Under the pieces are notes generated by a model, which was not told the DNA's origin, did not search any database, and saw nothing but the letters and a program-made list of their open reading frames with translations. The position numbers and the translations under genes are program-made. Shown here in pieces: positions 51,781 through 64,000 of a DNA stretch of 64,000 bases (the stretch's first letter is position 1; each line of letters starts with the position of its first letter). Source of the stretch: Eledone cirrhosa. Taxonomy: Eukaryota. The DNA lies in NCBI GenBank assembly GCA_964016885.1, contig OZ024740.1, positions 71,920,001 through 71,984,000 of the forward strand. The letters run 5' to 3'.

Positions 51781-53319
51781 TACTGCTATAAAATAACCCT
51801 GAACAAACAAAACAACTAAGAATTAATCGATTGATGGAAAAAATAACAATAGATTGAAGTAATTAAATACAACATGAAACGATAAACCCTACTTGATTCA
51901 GTATATTGCCTAACAATTAAGGGTTAAAAGAAATACTGAAATATCATTTTACCCAAACACCATGCCTGTTTACTGCCCAACAAAGAATCCAGCAAACATC
52001 CAACTAACTTAGATAACTGCATGTATCTACAAGACAGTGGCCAAAGTCAGAGCAACTAACTCTATCAGCTATCCCTGACAGTAATGTGCCTACCCTCTGT
52101 ATACCCTGAGCTAGCATTCTAACCAACAGTCCCATCCTCAACATGCCATGCCAGGGAAACTTACAACCTTAGCTATAACATGCATGCATTAGTCACATAT
52201 GCCCTTAGCTGACCTCAACAAAATATAAAACCATCCTTCACTTATAATGACACAAATGAACCATGAAAGATGCCCAAAATTCACTGTTTAACATCTATTT
52301 TCCATGATTGTATGGGTTAAATGGGTTGTCACGTATTGAGAAAAGACCAGTCAGGTGATCATGTCTTGCTCATAGATTTCATTTTGGCTTGGTTTCTATG
52401 GCAGGATAGCCTTCCTAATGCCAACCACTTTACAGCATGTATTGAGAGCGTTACCACCTATCAGGGTGAAATGGGTGCTTTTTTAATGGCACTAGCACTA
52501 CAACCATACAGAATAGGCTTGTGACACCAGTATTATCACTTTACAGAATAGGTTGGGTGCATTTTATTATGACACCAGCACTTCCTCATTTTAACATTAG
52601 ATTCCTCATTCAACATTCCCTTTCCCAGCTAGTATATATTGGATGGGTCATCGCAGACCATATCAGTACTTAATCAAAGCTACAGACCTCTTTAACAGGA
52701 TGAGGTGCACAATTCACTCATATACATTCCCTCACTCTAGCGAGTACACTTAGTGCATTTTATTGTGGCACATGCACTAAGGAAGTTGTCATGTCTTTGA
52801 TGCAGCTGAAGTGTCCTACTGTCCCTTGGATTAGCAGGTTTTCTATGATTGGCTTCCCTTCCTATCATTAAGCCCTTTACTGAGTCTACTGGGTGCATTT
52901 ATTGTGTAGCTCACCAACACTAGAGAGAGTTGCGCCTTTGATACAGCTGAAGATTCCTTTTAATCCTTTTTGGAATGGTTTCTGTAGTCCTTCCTATCAC
53001 CAACCAACTTGAAGCTACATTGGGTGCAATCTTTATGGCACCAGCACTAGTGAGGTTATTGGTCATTGACTGGATGGTCCTCTCAACTTTTCAGTCCATT
53101 GTTTCTATGGCTGGGAACCCTTCCTAATACCAACTACATTTTTACTAAGCACACATTGTCAGGCTTCCAAATAACCAAACTTATTTCTTACTCATATTTG
53201 TATCTTATGTATATATATATAAGATATATATATATACACACAGTTAAACACACTTAGACAGTATCACAAACAATGTATAGACAATTCCACCCGAATATAC
53301 GCAGATCCACATAAAAATC

Positions 53320-53350
53320 CTGATGAAGAAGTAACATCCAATACGTCAAA
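53320..53350 (+). ncRNA. Decayed minimal hammerhead, same family as 17481
   Basis: CTGATGA-agaagtaacatcc-aatacgTC; GAAA is lost. Confidence 0.35.
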
Positions 53351-53441
53351 CTTTTTCTCTTTCACCCAAAGTAAGAAACTAATAAGACTATTTGTTTTTG
53401 TCTCTCTGTGTTTGTCATCTTTTAAATTATATATATATATA

Positions 53442-54755
53442 TCATCATCATCATCATCGTTTAACGTCTATCTTCCATGCTAGCATGGGTTTAGACAGGA
53501 ATTGTCCCACTTGAGGCAAGATTGGTCGTCTCGCTCGTATAGGACTGTCTGGCAGGTTTTCTATGGCAGGTTTTCCACGTTTACAGTGTGGACTGGGAGG
53601 GTTTTATCATGTTACCTACACGGCCACATTACAGCGTGGACTGTGTGTTTTTTTGTCGTGACACCTACACAACCTCATTTATTTAGGACTGGATGCTGTG
53701 GTACCAACATAACTTTACAGAGAAAGGGGTGGTGTAGATGGGGGTAGGGGTAGTGGGATCGGGGTGTGTATTTAGTTAAGTGGTGCCTACTGACTGTTTG
53801 TACATAGGCAAGGCGGGTCTTCTGTATTACTGCGTAGCGCCAAAGATCTCGGTCCAGTGACATTGTCTTAGAGAGGTGTAAGTGTGTAAGGTCGGAATTT
53901 ATCAAATTGGCCCAGGTTTTTCTGGGTCTACCTACTCCGTAACTTCCATCAATTTTGATCGCCCTGCACTTTTTTTATAAAGCTGTCGTCTTTCATGCGC
54001 ATCACGTGACCATACCAACGTAGTCTTCTCTCGAGTAAACAGCATCTGATCCCTCTTATTCCTAATTTCTCCCTTAGTTCATTTATGCTTTACCGTTCAC
54101 GTATATTACTATTAGCCATCCAACGTAGCATGCTTCGTTCCTCTCCAGTCTGCGCAGGTCCTCTGCACACAATGCCCAGGTCTCATTGCCATGTAACATT
54201 GTTGTTCGTATACAGGCATCATACAGTCTGCCTTTCATTTTTAGAGAGAAACCTTTAGTGGCCAATAGTAGTATAAGCTCTCTGAACTTTTTCCATCCCG
54301 TTCTAACTCTGGCTACTGTACTTTCAGAGCACCCTCCACCACTGCTGATTTTGTCACCCAGGTAACGGAAAGTGTCCACTATTTCTATAGAACCATCTAG
54401 GCAATAGAAGGAGCTAGTATCCTGTGGGCACTTGCTACTTATTGCACCTGAGCATCGGCCACATATAAAATCTATGTTCTTAGATAGCTTACCTGTGATC
54501 CCACTACATCTTTTATGTACCCATACTTTGCATTTGGGACATAAAATGGAATTTCTGCCTACTCCTTTCCTACACACTGAGCATGGCCATTTCCCAGAGG
54601 GGACCTGTGCCCTATTTTCCTTCCTACATACTAGAACTTTAGTCTTAGACAAGTTAACTTTAAGGCCTTTTGATTCTAGGCCATGTGCTTCCATGTTTGG
54701 AATTTCTTCTCTAGTTCAGCCATCGATTCAGCTATGAGCATTAGATCATCTGCAT
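53442..54755 (-). mobile_element. RTE LINE, 5'-truncated at the YADD motif
   Basis: ORF 54083-54694; (CAT)n tail. Confidence 0.93.
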
Positions 54756-54811
54756 ATATATATATATATATATAGAAAGATTTGAATGGATACAGTTTAG
54801 TTGAAAGGAAT

Positions 54812-54932
54812 TTATTGACACGTGTTTCTATAACAGTTACATAACCTGAAAACAGCTGCTATCTACAAAGTTTTAGTTATGCAGACATTCAATATTTCAA
54901 TGTTATTATTTACTGTCATTTCATCAGAATAA
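54812..54932 (-). ncRNA. Type I hammerhead ribozyme with 92-nt helix II region
   Basis: ttatt-CTGATGA-a-atgacagt...actgttat-a-GAAA-cacgtg-TC-aataa; all three helices pair; GUC site. Confidence 0.8.
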
Positions 54933-55126
54933 TATTACTGAGGACCTATTTGGTTTTATAGAGAATATTAGGAGGGAGGGGTGAAGTTGTTAGAAGAATA
55001 GTTGAGGGAGTGGTTTTTTGATAGCAGTGAGAATTTTTGGTGGCAGTGAGTAATTAGATTCCCATCTGTTGTTTTGACATTTTTATAGAATATATTATTG
55101 GTTATTTTTCTAAATCTATAGAAGGA

Positions 55127-56092
55127 CTAGCAGTAAAGCCCGGCGTTGCTCGGGGTCGCTCAGTATCTGTGTTAAAGTTACAATGTTAAGTTTCTTTTTT
55201 GGCTTAAAAACTGTAGTGTCTACTGTGCAGACTTGCATGTGGTGTTTTTGATTAATATTCCCTCAACCAACAATATGCCTTATGAAGTTAAGAAAACATA
55301 ACGATAACCCGAATGTTATAACAAAAAAGGATGCTGGGGATAGAAACTGCACTGGTTATTTATTAACAAAGATCGAAAATGTAAACACTGCAACGCAGAG
55401 AAAAACATTAGCGTAACCAAATTATCAGTTATGTCTGTCTGCACGCCTATATCACCTCTCTGCACGACTGTCTGTCTGCACGCCTATATCACCTCTCTGC
55501 ACGACTGTCTGTCTGCACGCCTATATCACCTCTCTGCACGACTGTCTGTCTGCATGCCTATATCACCTCTCTGCACGACTATCTGTCTGCACGCGTATAT
55601 CACCTCTCTGCACGACTGTCTGTCTGCACGACTGTCTGTCTGCACGACTGTCTGTCTGCACGCCTAACGACGAAATATTTGCTTGTTTTACGTAGTCTTT
55701 AAATAGACTTGTTTTCAAGTAAAAATATTGTTTTAAAATGCTTTTAAATGGAAATGAAGCAAAACGGAAGCTTAGTGTTCGAACTGATGAATTTTGCAGG
55801 TCAATATTTTGCTGGCTCGACAACTGTTAAAGCCAGCGTAATTTTTTACGTAAGACGCTCAATGTAAACAGAACAAAGGGAAATAACTGATAACTTACGC
55901 TCAAAAATCGATACATTATATTCGATTTCGTCACATAGGGTGGGTCAATTTGAAATTTTTTTTTCCGATGTCTTCGCTAGGGCTCAATGTACAAGTATAG
56001 CAATTTCGGTGCAATTCCGTGAGAGATTCTAAGAGGAGATGTGTGCCAAAAATCGATAGACAGACAGACAACCACAGTTTTATATATATAGA
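55127..56092 (-). mobile_element. Non-autonomous Helitron with internal 37-bp minisatellite (55432-55665)
   Basis: 5' TC at 56092, 3' hairpin + CTAG at 55127, AT target; same family as 23189-23764. Confidence 0.92.
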
Positions 56093-56561
56093 TTAGAGAT
56101 AGTAAAGATATGCGTGGTTGGTTTTGTGTTTGTACTTAATTAACATTCAGACTTAAATTTTTCTTTCAAGTGTACGTATCCTTTCACCCACGCATTCACA
56201 CACAAAAATATATTTGCACACCTCTACAAAATACATATACTCACATTCACATAGTAACATGTTCATACTTACATACATATACACATGCATACATATATAT
56301 ATACACACATGTATTCATGTACATACATACGCGTTCATGTGTATACATTTTCATACTCAACTTATCTTTATATACACACACACATATACATACATACTCT
56401 AGTCTTAGTCTATGTGTACATATATACATATACATACACATCTATATATATATATATATATAACGAAGGAAATGTGGTAAGGAACCATGTGGACCATAAC
56501 GCACCAAAGTACTCAATACTTGAGGTAGTAGGAGCTCAGCTGTCGGGGTCTTACTGGTTCC

Positions 56562-56627
<66 letters not shown>

Positions 56628-56699
56628 CACTTTAATACATGAATACACTTACATCTAACTATACACATCAAACATATATATATATTTACTTATTTATAT

Positions 56700-59014
56700 A
56701 CATTTTCACATATATATATATACTTATGGACGTTTTTAGACACATTCATTATCGCATATTTGCACCTATTCTCATCAGCATATCTTTCCATTATTAGTGT
56801 GGTAATTTAAGGTTATTAATATATGTTGAGAAGAGATTGTTTTTATATTTTTCTAACTAGATTGAGGTTTATATAGTTGGGGGGATGTCCCTCTTTTATG
56901 TAATATTCGGCTTGTAGTGGGAAAAAAGGGTTTTAGTTCTGTGACGGCAGAATAATGTTCGTTCAATTCTGTTATTCAGCAATTTCTTCTTGTGTGTGAT
57001 TATGTAATAAATCTCAAGATTACACAATTTGCAGAAATTTTGGCTCCTGGAAAAGCTTTGGGTTTTAGCTAATTTCTCCCATTTTAGGGTAAACTTTTGA
57101 TCGCTATCCCTGAGCGTCCAAGCTTTTTCTGCTAAAGTTGTTACATTTCTTTGGCTCTGGTGTTTTATTGAGTAAGAATGCCTATATAATCGAGATTTAA
57201 ACGATGTTGCCGTTGATCCCACGTAATACCACTCGTTGCCTCCGGATTTAATGGTACACTTATAAATAATATTTTTTTCCAGGCAGTTATTGCCGAGGGG
57301 GCAGTTGTCAGGATAGGTGCAGTTACAGTTGTGTACGTTGGGTTTTCTCTGGAGTAGTATTGCGGACGAACTTAGGTGTGGTTTATTTATGTTCTGTAGT
57401 GTATTGTCTACTGTTTTTTTTGTGTTCTTTCTACTTAAGTTCTTAGTGTTTTCGTTTAACCTTCTAGTATTGATCTTTTTTATGTGTTGTTCAAGGTTAA
57501 CGCTGTAGAGTATGACAGTCTTATAGTGGTAGGGTTTAGGATTTTGTGGTATTTGTGTGATGTAGGAAAATGTCTCTTAATTATTTTAAAGAAGAGTACT
57601 GGTAAATTTGTACTAATGGAACTATTGTATTCGGGGTTATACCATAAGTACTCTTTGCATCGCTTTCTATTAGTTTTGTTTGTTGGTTTGCTGGTGTGCA
57701 TACTATGGTAGTAAGTGTGGTTTGGTGTTGTGTTATTATATCTACCTATGTGGGATTTATTTTGGGTGTTTTGATTGTTCCCATCTATATACTCTATTTT
57801 GTTGAGGTAGCCTGCTTTACTAAGGGCGTTATCGTAGTACTCGGCGTGTTCCTTAAATACTTGTATGTTAGAAGATAGACCCGAGATTCTAAGGGAAATA
57901 TTTTTAGGGATAGATTTAATTATAGAGATGTTGGGTTAGATGATACGTAAATGTTGGGTTAGACCCAACATTTACGTATTTGAGATTTTCATTCAATTTA
58001 TGAAACGGTTTAATCAAACCAGAGTTTAAATTGAGTGTGACATCCAGGAAGTTAACTACTTTAAGGTTGTATTCATATGTTATAGTTAGTCCTATTTCGA
58101 GTAGTAGTTTTCTTATATCTTTGCGTAGTTTTTCTAGTTTTTGGTTATTTAGGTTTTTAACTAGGAGGAGAACATCGTCGCGGTATATTCCGCCGTGGAG
58201 ATTGCTGAATTTTTCCTGGAGTCTAAAGGCGATAAATAACCCCACAATATCAGTTATTTCCGCCGAATCGTTAGAGCCCATTGTTATGTCAAAGTTAGAG
58301 GGTCTATCTTTACGTACCCAATAACTGTTCTCAAATTTGACTATAGTTTTCCTAGCTTCTAATATAATCTTAATTTCATCGTTTGTAAGGTCAGAGTTAT
58401 CCTTAGCAAACTTAATGGCTCTATTCAAAGTTTCAGGTGATATCGATGAGTAATATTCATCGATATCAAACTGGATAAACTTAGATTTATTCTTATTGCT
58501 AATGCTATTAAACCATCTTATTGATTCTTGGGTCTTCCCCCAGAGTTTAATGTTAACCTTAGCCTTAATTTGGGGGATGATTCTATCTAAGATATATTTG
58601 CTTATTTTACCTATATCTGATTTAGAGGGACAGATTAATCTAATTTTAGGGTCATTATCAAAGTTTACCTTATGGTCCTTAAGATTGAAGGTGGGTACCG
58701 CCGGTAAGAGTGGTCCTGTCCTATCTTCGATTCCGAGATTTTTCACTATTTCGCATGCCTCATCATTGATGTGCTTAAGAGTTACTTCATTCGTTTTTCT
58801 ATATTTTTTATGTAATTCTTTTCGAATGAAGTTGTTGTATGTAGTGCAATCCATAGTATACAGGTTTGATGTTTTGTCCGCTTTTACTACAATTCCTTTG
58901 GTGTTTTTAAGGTCGTCCAGTAGTTTTTTTATATCTTTCTGTAATTTGTCGTTGGTGTTGCGTCCTTTGAATTTAATTTTAAGGATTAAGTTCATAAGGT
59001 CCTGCTCAAATGCA

Positions 59015-59015
<1 letters not shown>
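56700..59015 (-). mobile_element. Penelope-like element of Naiad/Chlamys type (RT + GIY-YIG), 5'-truncated and frameshifted
   Basis: ORF 57916-58995: KADK, QFDI.EYY.SI, FDITMGS.D.AE, YRDD, FLDVTLNL. Further on: WYNP.Y, CNC...CPL...CL..NIIYKC..YYVGST..FK.R..H and CKLC..E..LN.R.E..CRH. Confidence 0.92.
56725..56782 (-). ncRNA. Hammerhead motif in the Naiad 3' region, GAAA changed to AAAA
   Basis: tatg-CTGATGA-gaa-taggtgca...tgtgtcta-AAAA-cg-TC-cata. Confidence 0.6.
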
Positions 59016-59054
<39 letters not shown>

Positions 59055-59055
<1 letters not shown>

Positions 59056-59210
59056 AAAACCTGAGTAGAGGTGGCGAGAGGTGATCTTAAATCACTGAAG
59101 CTCACAGAGGAGATGATGAAGGAATGTGACAAGTAGAAAGATGCTGTGCTGAAAAAGCCCCATCCAACATATGCAAGCATAGAACAGCAGATGTAAAATG
59201 ATGATAATGA
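59055..59210 (+). mobile_element. RTE LINE 3' tip (third family)
   Basis: Matches the reverse complement of 41945-42100. Confidence 0.7.
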
Positions 59211-59225
59211 CACACACATACACAT

Positions 59226-60400
<1,175 letters not shown>

Positions 60401-60401
60401 T

Positions 60402-60465
<64 letters not shown>

Positions 60466-60564
60466 CGAGTATGTGTTGGTTAAATACCGACACTTCAGTA
60501 TGCAGAGTAGAGCACTCAACGAAGTGTGCAGGTGGGTCTGTTTATTCCAGAGCATATTTAAAAT

Positions 60565-60937
60565 CAAGCAGTGTAAATGAACAGGTTAAAATTAACTTCA
60601 TTTATTTATATTTGCTGTTACATATATTTCGGTGATAACCATTATGCAGCAGCTAGGACCTCACCAGACAGCTAGAATTTGAACAGAAAAAACAGAAAAA
60701 CATAACGATGGAATAAAGCTTACTTTTGTTATTTCGTTTTTTTTTTTATATCTTCAGTGCTGAAGTTTGGTGTTGTTTTCTCAATGCACCGGTCGTATAT
60801 GTGACTGCCATTTTTTCTGTTCAAATTCTAGCTCTCTGATGAGGTCAAAGCTGTTGTATAATGGTTATCACCGAAATATATATAACAGTGACTATGAATA
60901 AACTAAGTTAATTTTAACCTGTTGGCTTACACTTCTT
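60565..60937. repeat. ~127-bp inverted repeat, each arm with a hammerhead (60614-60672 on -, 60831-60889 on +)
   Basis: Plus arm: CTGATGA-ggt..acc-GAAA-tatata-TA-acag. Minus arm: gctgt-CTGGTGA-ggt..acc-GAAA-tatatg-TA-acagc. Confidence 0.85.
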
Positions 60938-60950
60938 GTTTATATATATA

Positions 60951-63418
60951 CTAGCAGAAGTACCCGGCGTTGCCCGGGTGTAAGTCGACCTTTGGTCTGT
61001 TAGAATGTGTGAAAGTTACTTCCCGCGCATCACAGGTTCAAAACTTCGAACTTCAATGAAAAAAAATAGGTTAGTAGACACAGGTGTGTAATTTATTAAT
61101 TGTAGTTACACAGTGTATCGTTGAAATTGTTCTCTGCACGACTGACGGAAGTCAAAATCGCTTGATATTGAATGTTCAGTTAATTTAAAGCAGGGTGAAA
61201 ATGTCGATTACTTTCAGGGGTTTTTTTTTTTTACAATTTTTGCGCTCACATGTGCAGAAGAAGAATTAAAAGGGCCTTTATCTTAACCGCGGCATAATGG
61301 CGAGTCTTTTGTGACAGTTTAAGAATATAGGACTTTCCTGTAAAAAGTTTTCCCATGTGTAACTTTGCCTTGTTTTTTTGCGCAATGTCGAGCCCCACTT
61401 CAGTTTTATTGATTTTTTACATCAATGCGTGATCTCTGAAGTAGATTTAAGTAGCTAAAAACCTGTCCCGGTAAATTTGCTATAGGTGAAAAAAAGTTGA
61501 TCAAAATTGTATCTAGGGTTATTGCCCTTTGCCACAGCCTCAAGCCTCGTCTGACGGGATGTTGGTGATTCCTCCGTCAGCGCTTGTTGGCGACGAAGGC
61601 GAACATCAGCAAGCCTTGTCGTACGTGATGTTGGTGACTCAACCAGCCGGGAAAGACGTCTATCAGCGTGTCGAGATTCGCGCTCAGCAGGTGTTTCCTA
61701 GAGAAAATTAATTAATTCTACTGGTTAGCTAAGCCAATGGCAGTGTCAATAGTAAATGAGAAAAGTCTAACATGAACAAAAGGGAATCAAGGTAAGACAA
61801 TAAATTTAATATAACTACGATTAGAATGTTGTAGTTGCTTAAAAGTGGTGACAGTTAGGATAAACGCAGTACTTGCTAACATTAAGGGAGAATATTGCAT
61901 AAAGGATTAATCAATTGTGAATGAACTCATACCTGAGAACGCCTAATTCGTTGTCTCAAAGCAGTAGCTGTACCTTTTTTGGAGGTAAGTCTTGAACGTT
62001 TCCGTGTGGGCATAACGACGTGTAACGAAGCTGTTAGGTTAGAGAGAGGTGATTAAATACAGAGAGAGATGACACCAGATTCGTCAGCATGGTTACTGGT
62101 GAATGGGAAGGTTTGGAAATATGATTACAATAACTTACCGAATTTTCCGGTCTATAAATTGCACTTAAAATAATTAAATTTAATCAAAAAACAGCTCTGC
62201 GCTTTATACTCCGGTGAGCCTTATGTGTAAATAATACAATGGTAATCAATCACGGCTCTAACAGAAATAATAGATCTAGACTAAAAGTAAAGAAGATAGC
62301 ATTTTCCTGGTTGGCCTTACACGCCGTTGCGCGGACCTGATTTTAAATGATACGCCTTATATCCTGGTGAGCCTTATAGAGCGGAAAATATCTATTGGAA
62401 AAGAATACGAATTCATGACCAAGGTGTGACAAAATAGGCGTCTATACAGCGTCTGAAACAAACTTGTCCAAAACCCTAGGATTTTTCTCGTTAAGTATCC
62501 ACCCAAAAGGAACCGTTTTTTAGTTACAAAAAATAACCAAAGTGTATAGTAGCTATATTTCTGACATATCATGCCAAAAAGAACAATATATTCAAAAAAC
62601 GTTCTAAAGTACATTCAATCTCTCTTTTTGACCGATATCTTAATAAGCAAGTTATCGATTTTTTATTGGCTGTCAGTGTCTATCTGCATGCAGGTGTGCA
62701 CGTGTGCGCAATTAATTGCAAATACGCTCATAACATTTAGTCGTAAGCAGAACAAAAAATGCCATTAGAGGTGGGCTAATAATGAAGACACAAACCCTGG
62801 TGAACTTACGTTTAAACAGCCGAAAAGTTACTCACTTCCTGTGCAAAAGACTGTATTATAAATTAAGTAATTTTTTACAACTTTGTATGTGTACAATACA
62901 ACTTGGTGAACGTATTATTTAGTAATTTTTTTTTTCAAAAAGCATGATTATTTAAGACTGTTTGAAAATTTACTCACAGCTTTTAGCATCACAAAAGACA
63001 CCATTAAATTTGGTTCCCTTTTCAGATAGGGATAATACTGTATTTCCACTTGAATAAGGTGGAATATGAAAAGATAAACTCTTTAATGGTCGGTCGTTTA
63101 CTGAGACAGCTGGGAAGACATGCAGCTGGCCGTCCAATCAATAACGCACGTCCTTATATGGGCATATGAAATTTATTTTTTATTGCGCCAGATGTAAACT
63201 AAGAGTTCTTGTGTTCGAATTCACATAAAATTTCATTGGAATCGAAAAACATTCTGTCATAGGGCCCGATTATCGATTTTTCGAAAATTTCAAGTAGCCT
63301 ATTCCACTCTACGCGTTGAGTTTTATATATGTGTGAGGTTTCATGAACATTGGATGAACGGTGTAGCATGCAAGTTCGGAACACCAAACAACGGCCATCT
63401 TCCCTTTATATATATAGA
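60951..63418 (-). mobile_element. Helitron internal-deletion derivative, ~2.5 kb
   Basis: 5' A|TCtatatatataaag at 63418; 3' hairpin cccgggcaacgccggg + CTAG|T at 60951; retains RepHel-like N-terminal exons. Confidence 0.9.
61455..62013 (-). CDS. Two-exon Helitron N-terminal mini-ORF (62013-61933 + 61697-61455), 107 aa, STPR-like repeats
   Basis: MPTRKRSRLTSKKGTATALRQRIRRSQ | gtatga...ttttctctag | ETPAERESRHADRRLSRLVESPTSRTTRLADVRLRRQQALTEESPTSRQTRLEAV...; phase-0 GT-AG intron. Confidence 0.65.
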
Positions 63419-63435
63419 TATATATATAATACAAC

Positions 63436-63756
63436 AAAATTTAATATAGAAATGACTTCTACAGGACTCAAACTGTTTCATTCGAAGGAAATCATCTGGA
63501 AAAGCCGACTTGCTTTATGATGCGGTGGTATTTATATGTTTACTGGTGGATGGGGATGGTGGTGATTTTAAGGATGGGTAGAGGTCATAGGCTGATAAAC
63601 ATTTAGGGAACTATCCATCCTTAAAATCACCATCTTCCCCACCCACCAGTAAACATATAAATACCACCACATTATAATGCAAGTCAGCTTTTCCTGATGA
63701 TTTCATTTGAATGAAATAGTTCTAGTCCTGTAGAAACCATTTCTGTATTAAATTTT
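63436..63756. repeat. ~146-bp inverted repeat with 29-nt spacer and CTGATGA..GAAA motif in the arms
   Basis: Arms 63436-63581 and 63611-63756; CTGATGA-tttc-attt-gaat-GAAA at 63694-63716. Confidence 0.88.
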
Positions 63757-63832
63757 ATATACACTACTGATGTATTAAGTACATTACTTACTGTGGTTAC
63801 GCCCGATTGAACTCGGGACAATGATTCAGTAA

Positions 63833-63883
63833 GCATCTGATGAAGTCACATGAATTACCATGTAACAGAAATATATATAATGC
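63833..63883 (+). ncRNA. Type I hammerhead ribozyme
   Basis: gcat-CTGATGA-a-gtcacatg-aattac-catgtaac-a-GAAA-tatata-TA-atgc. Confidence 0.8.
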
Positions 63884-64000
63884 AATAAACAATTATTGGG
63901 ATTTAATCCTGTCTTAACTACCATTATTTGATAAATGAATACTCCGTTACTCAATATCACCTACCTGGAATAAACTACTGACGTGTAGTGCTTTGGATCG

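Overview
Eukaryotic, AT-rich, microsatellite-dense DNA, most likely from an octopod cephalopod. That assignment is inferred from the tRNA-derived Meta/CORE-type SINEs, the RTE LINEs with (GAT)n tails and the (TA)n/(CA)n density. I found no confidently identifiable host gene. The window is almost entirely transposable elements: RTE LINEs of at least 3 families, a rearranged CR1-like LINE, two L1/Tx1-like LINEs, R4/Dong-like fragments, Penelope-like elements (one Naiad-type with RT + GIY-YIG), non-autonomous Helitrons, SINEs and a 2.8-kb 30-bp minisatellite. The most striking unannotated signal is about 10 type I hammerhead-ribozyme motifs. Three have greatly enlarged helix II regions (46-92 nt), and several occur as head-to-head palindromic pairs. 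Also notable: a Helitron deletion derivative keeping a spliceable 107-aa STPR-like mini-ORF, two RTE copies of different subfamilies truncated at essentially the same nucleotide, and several inversion or fold-back junctions. All calls were made by eye, without alignments or folding software.
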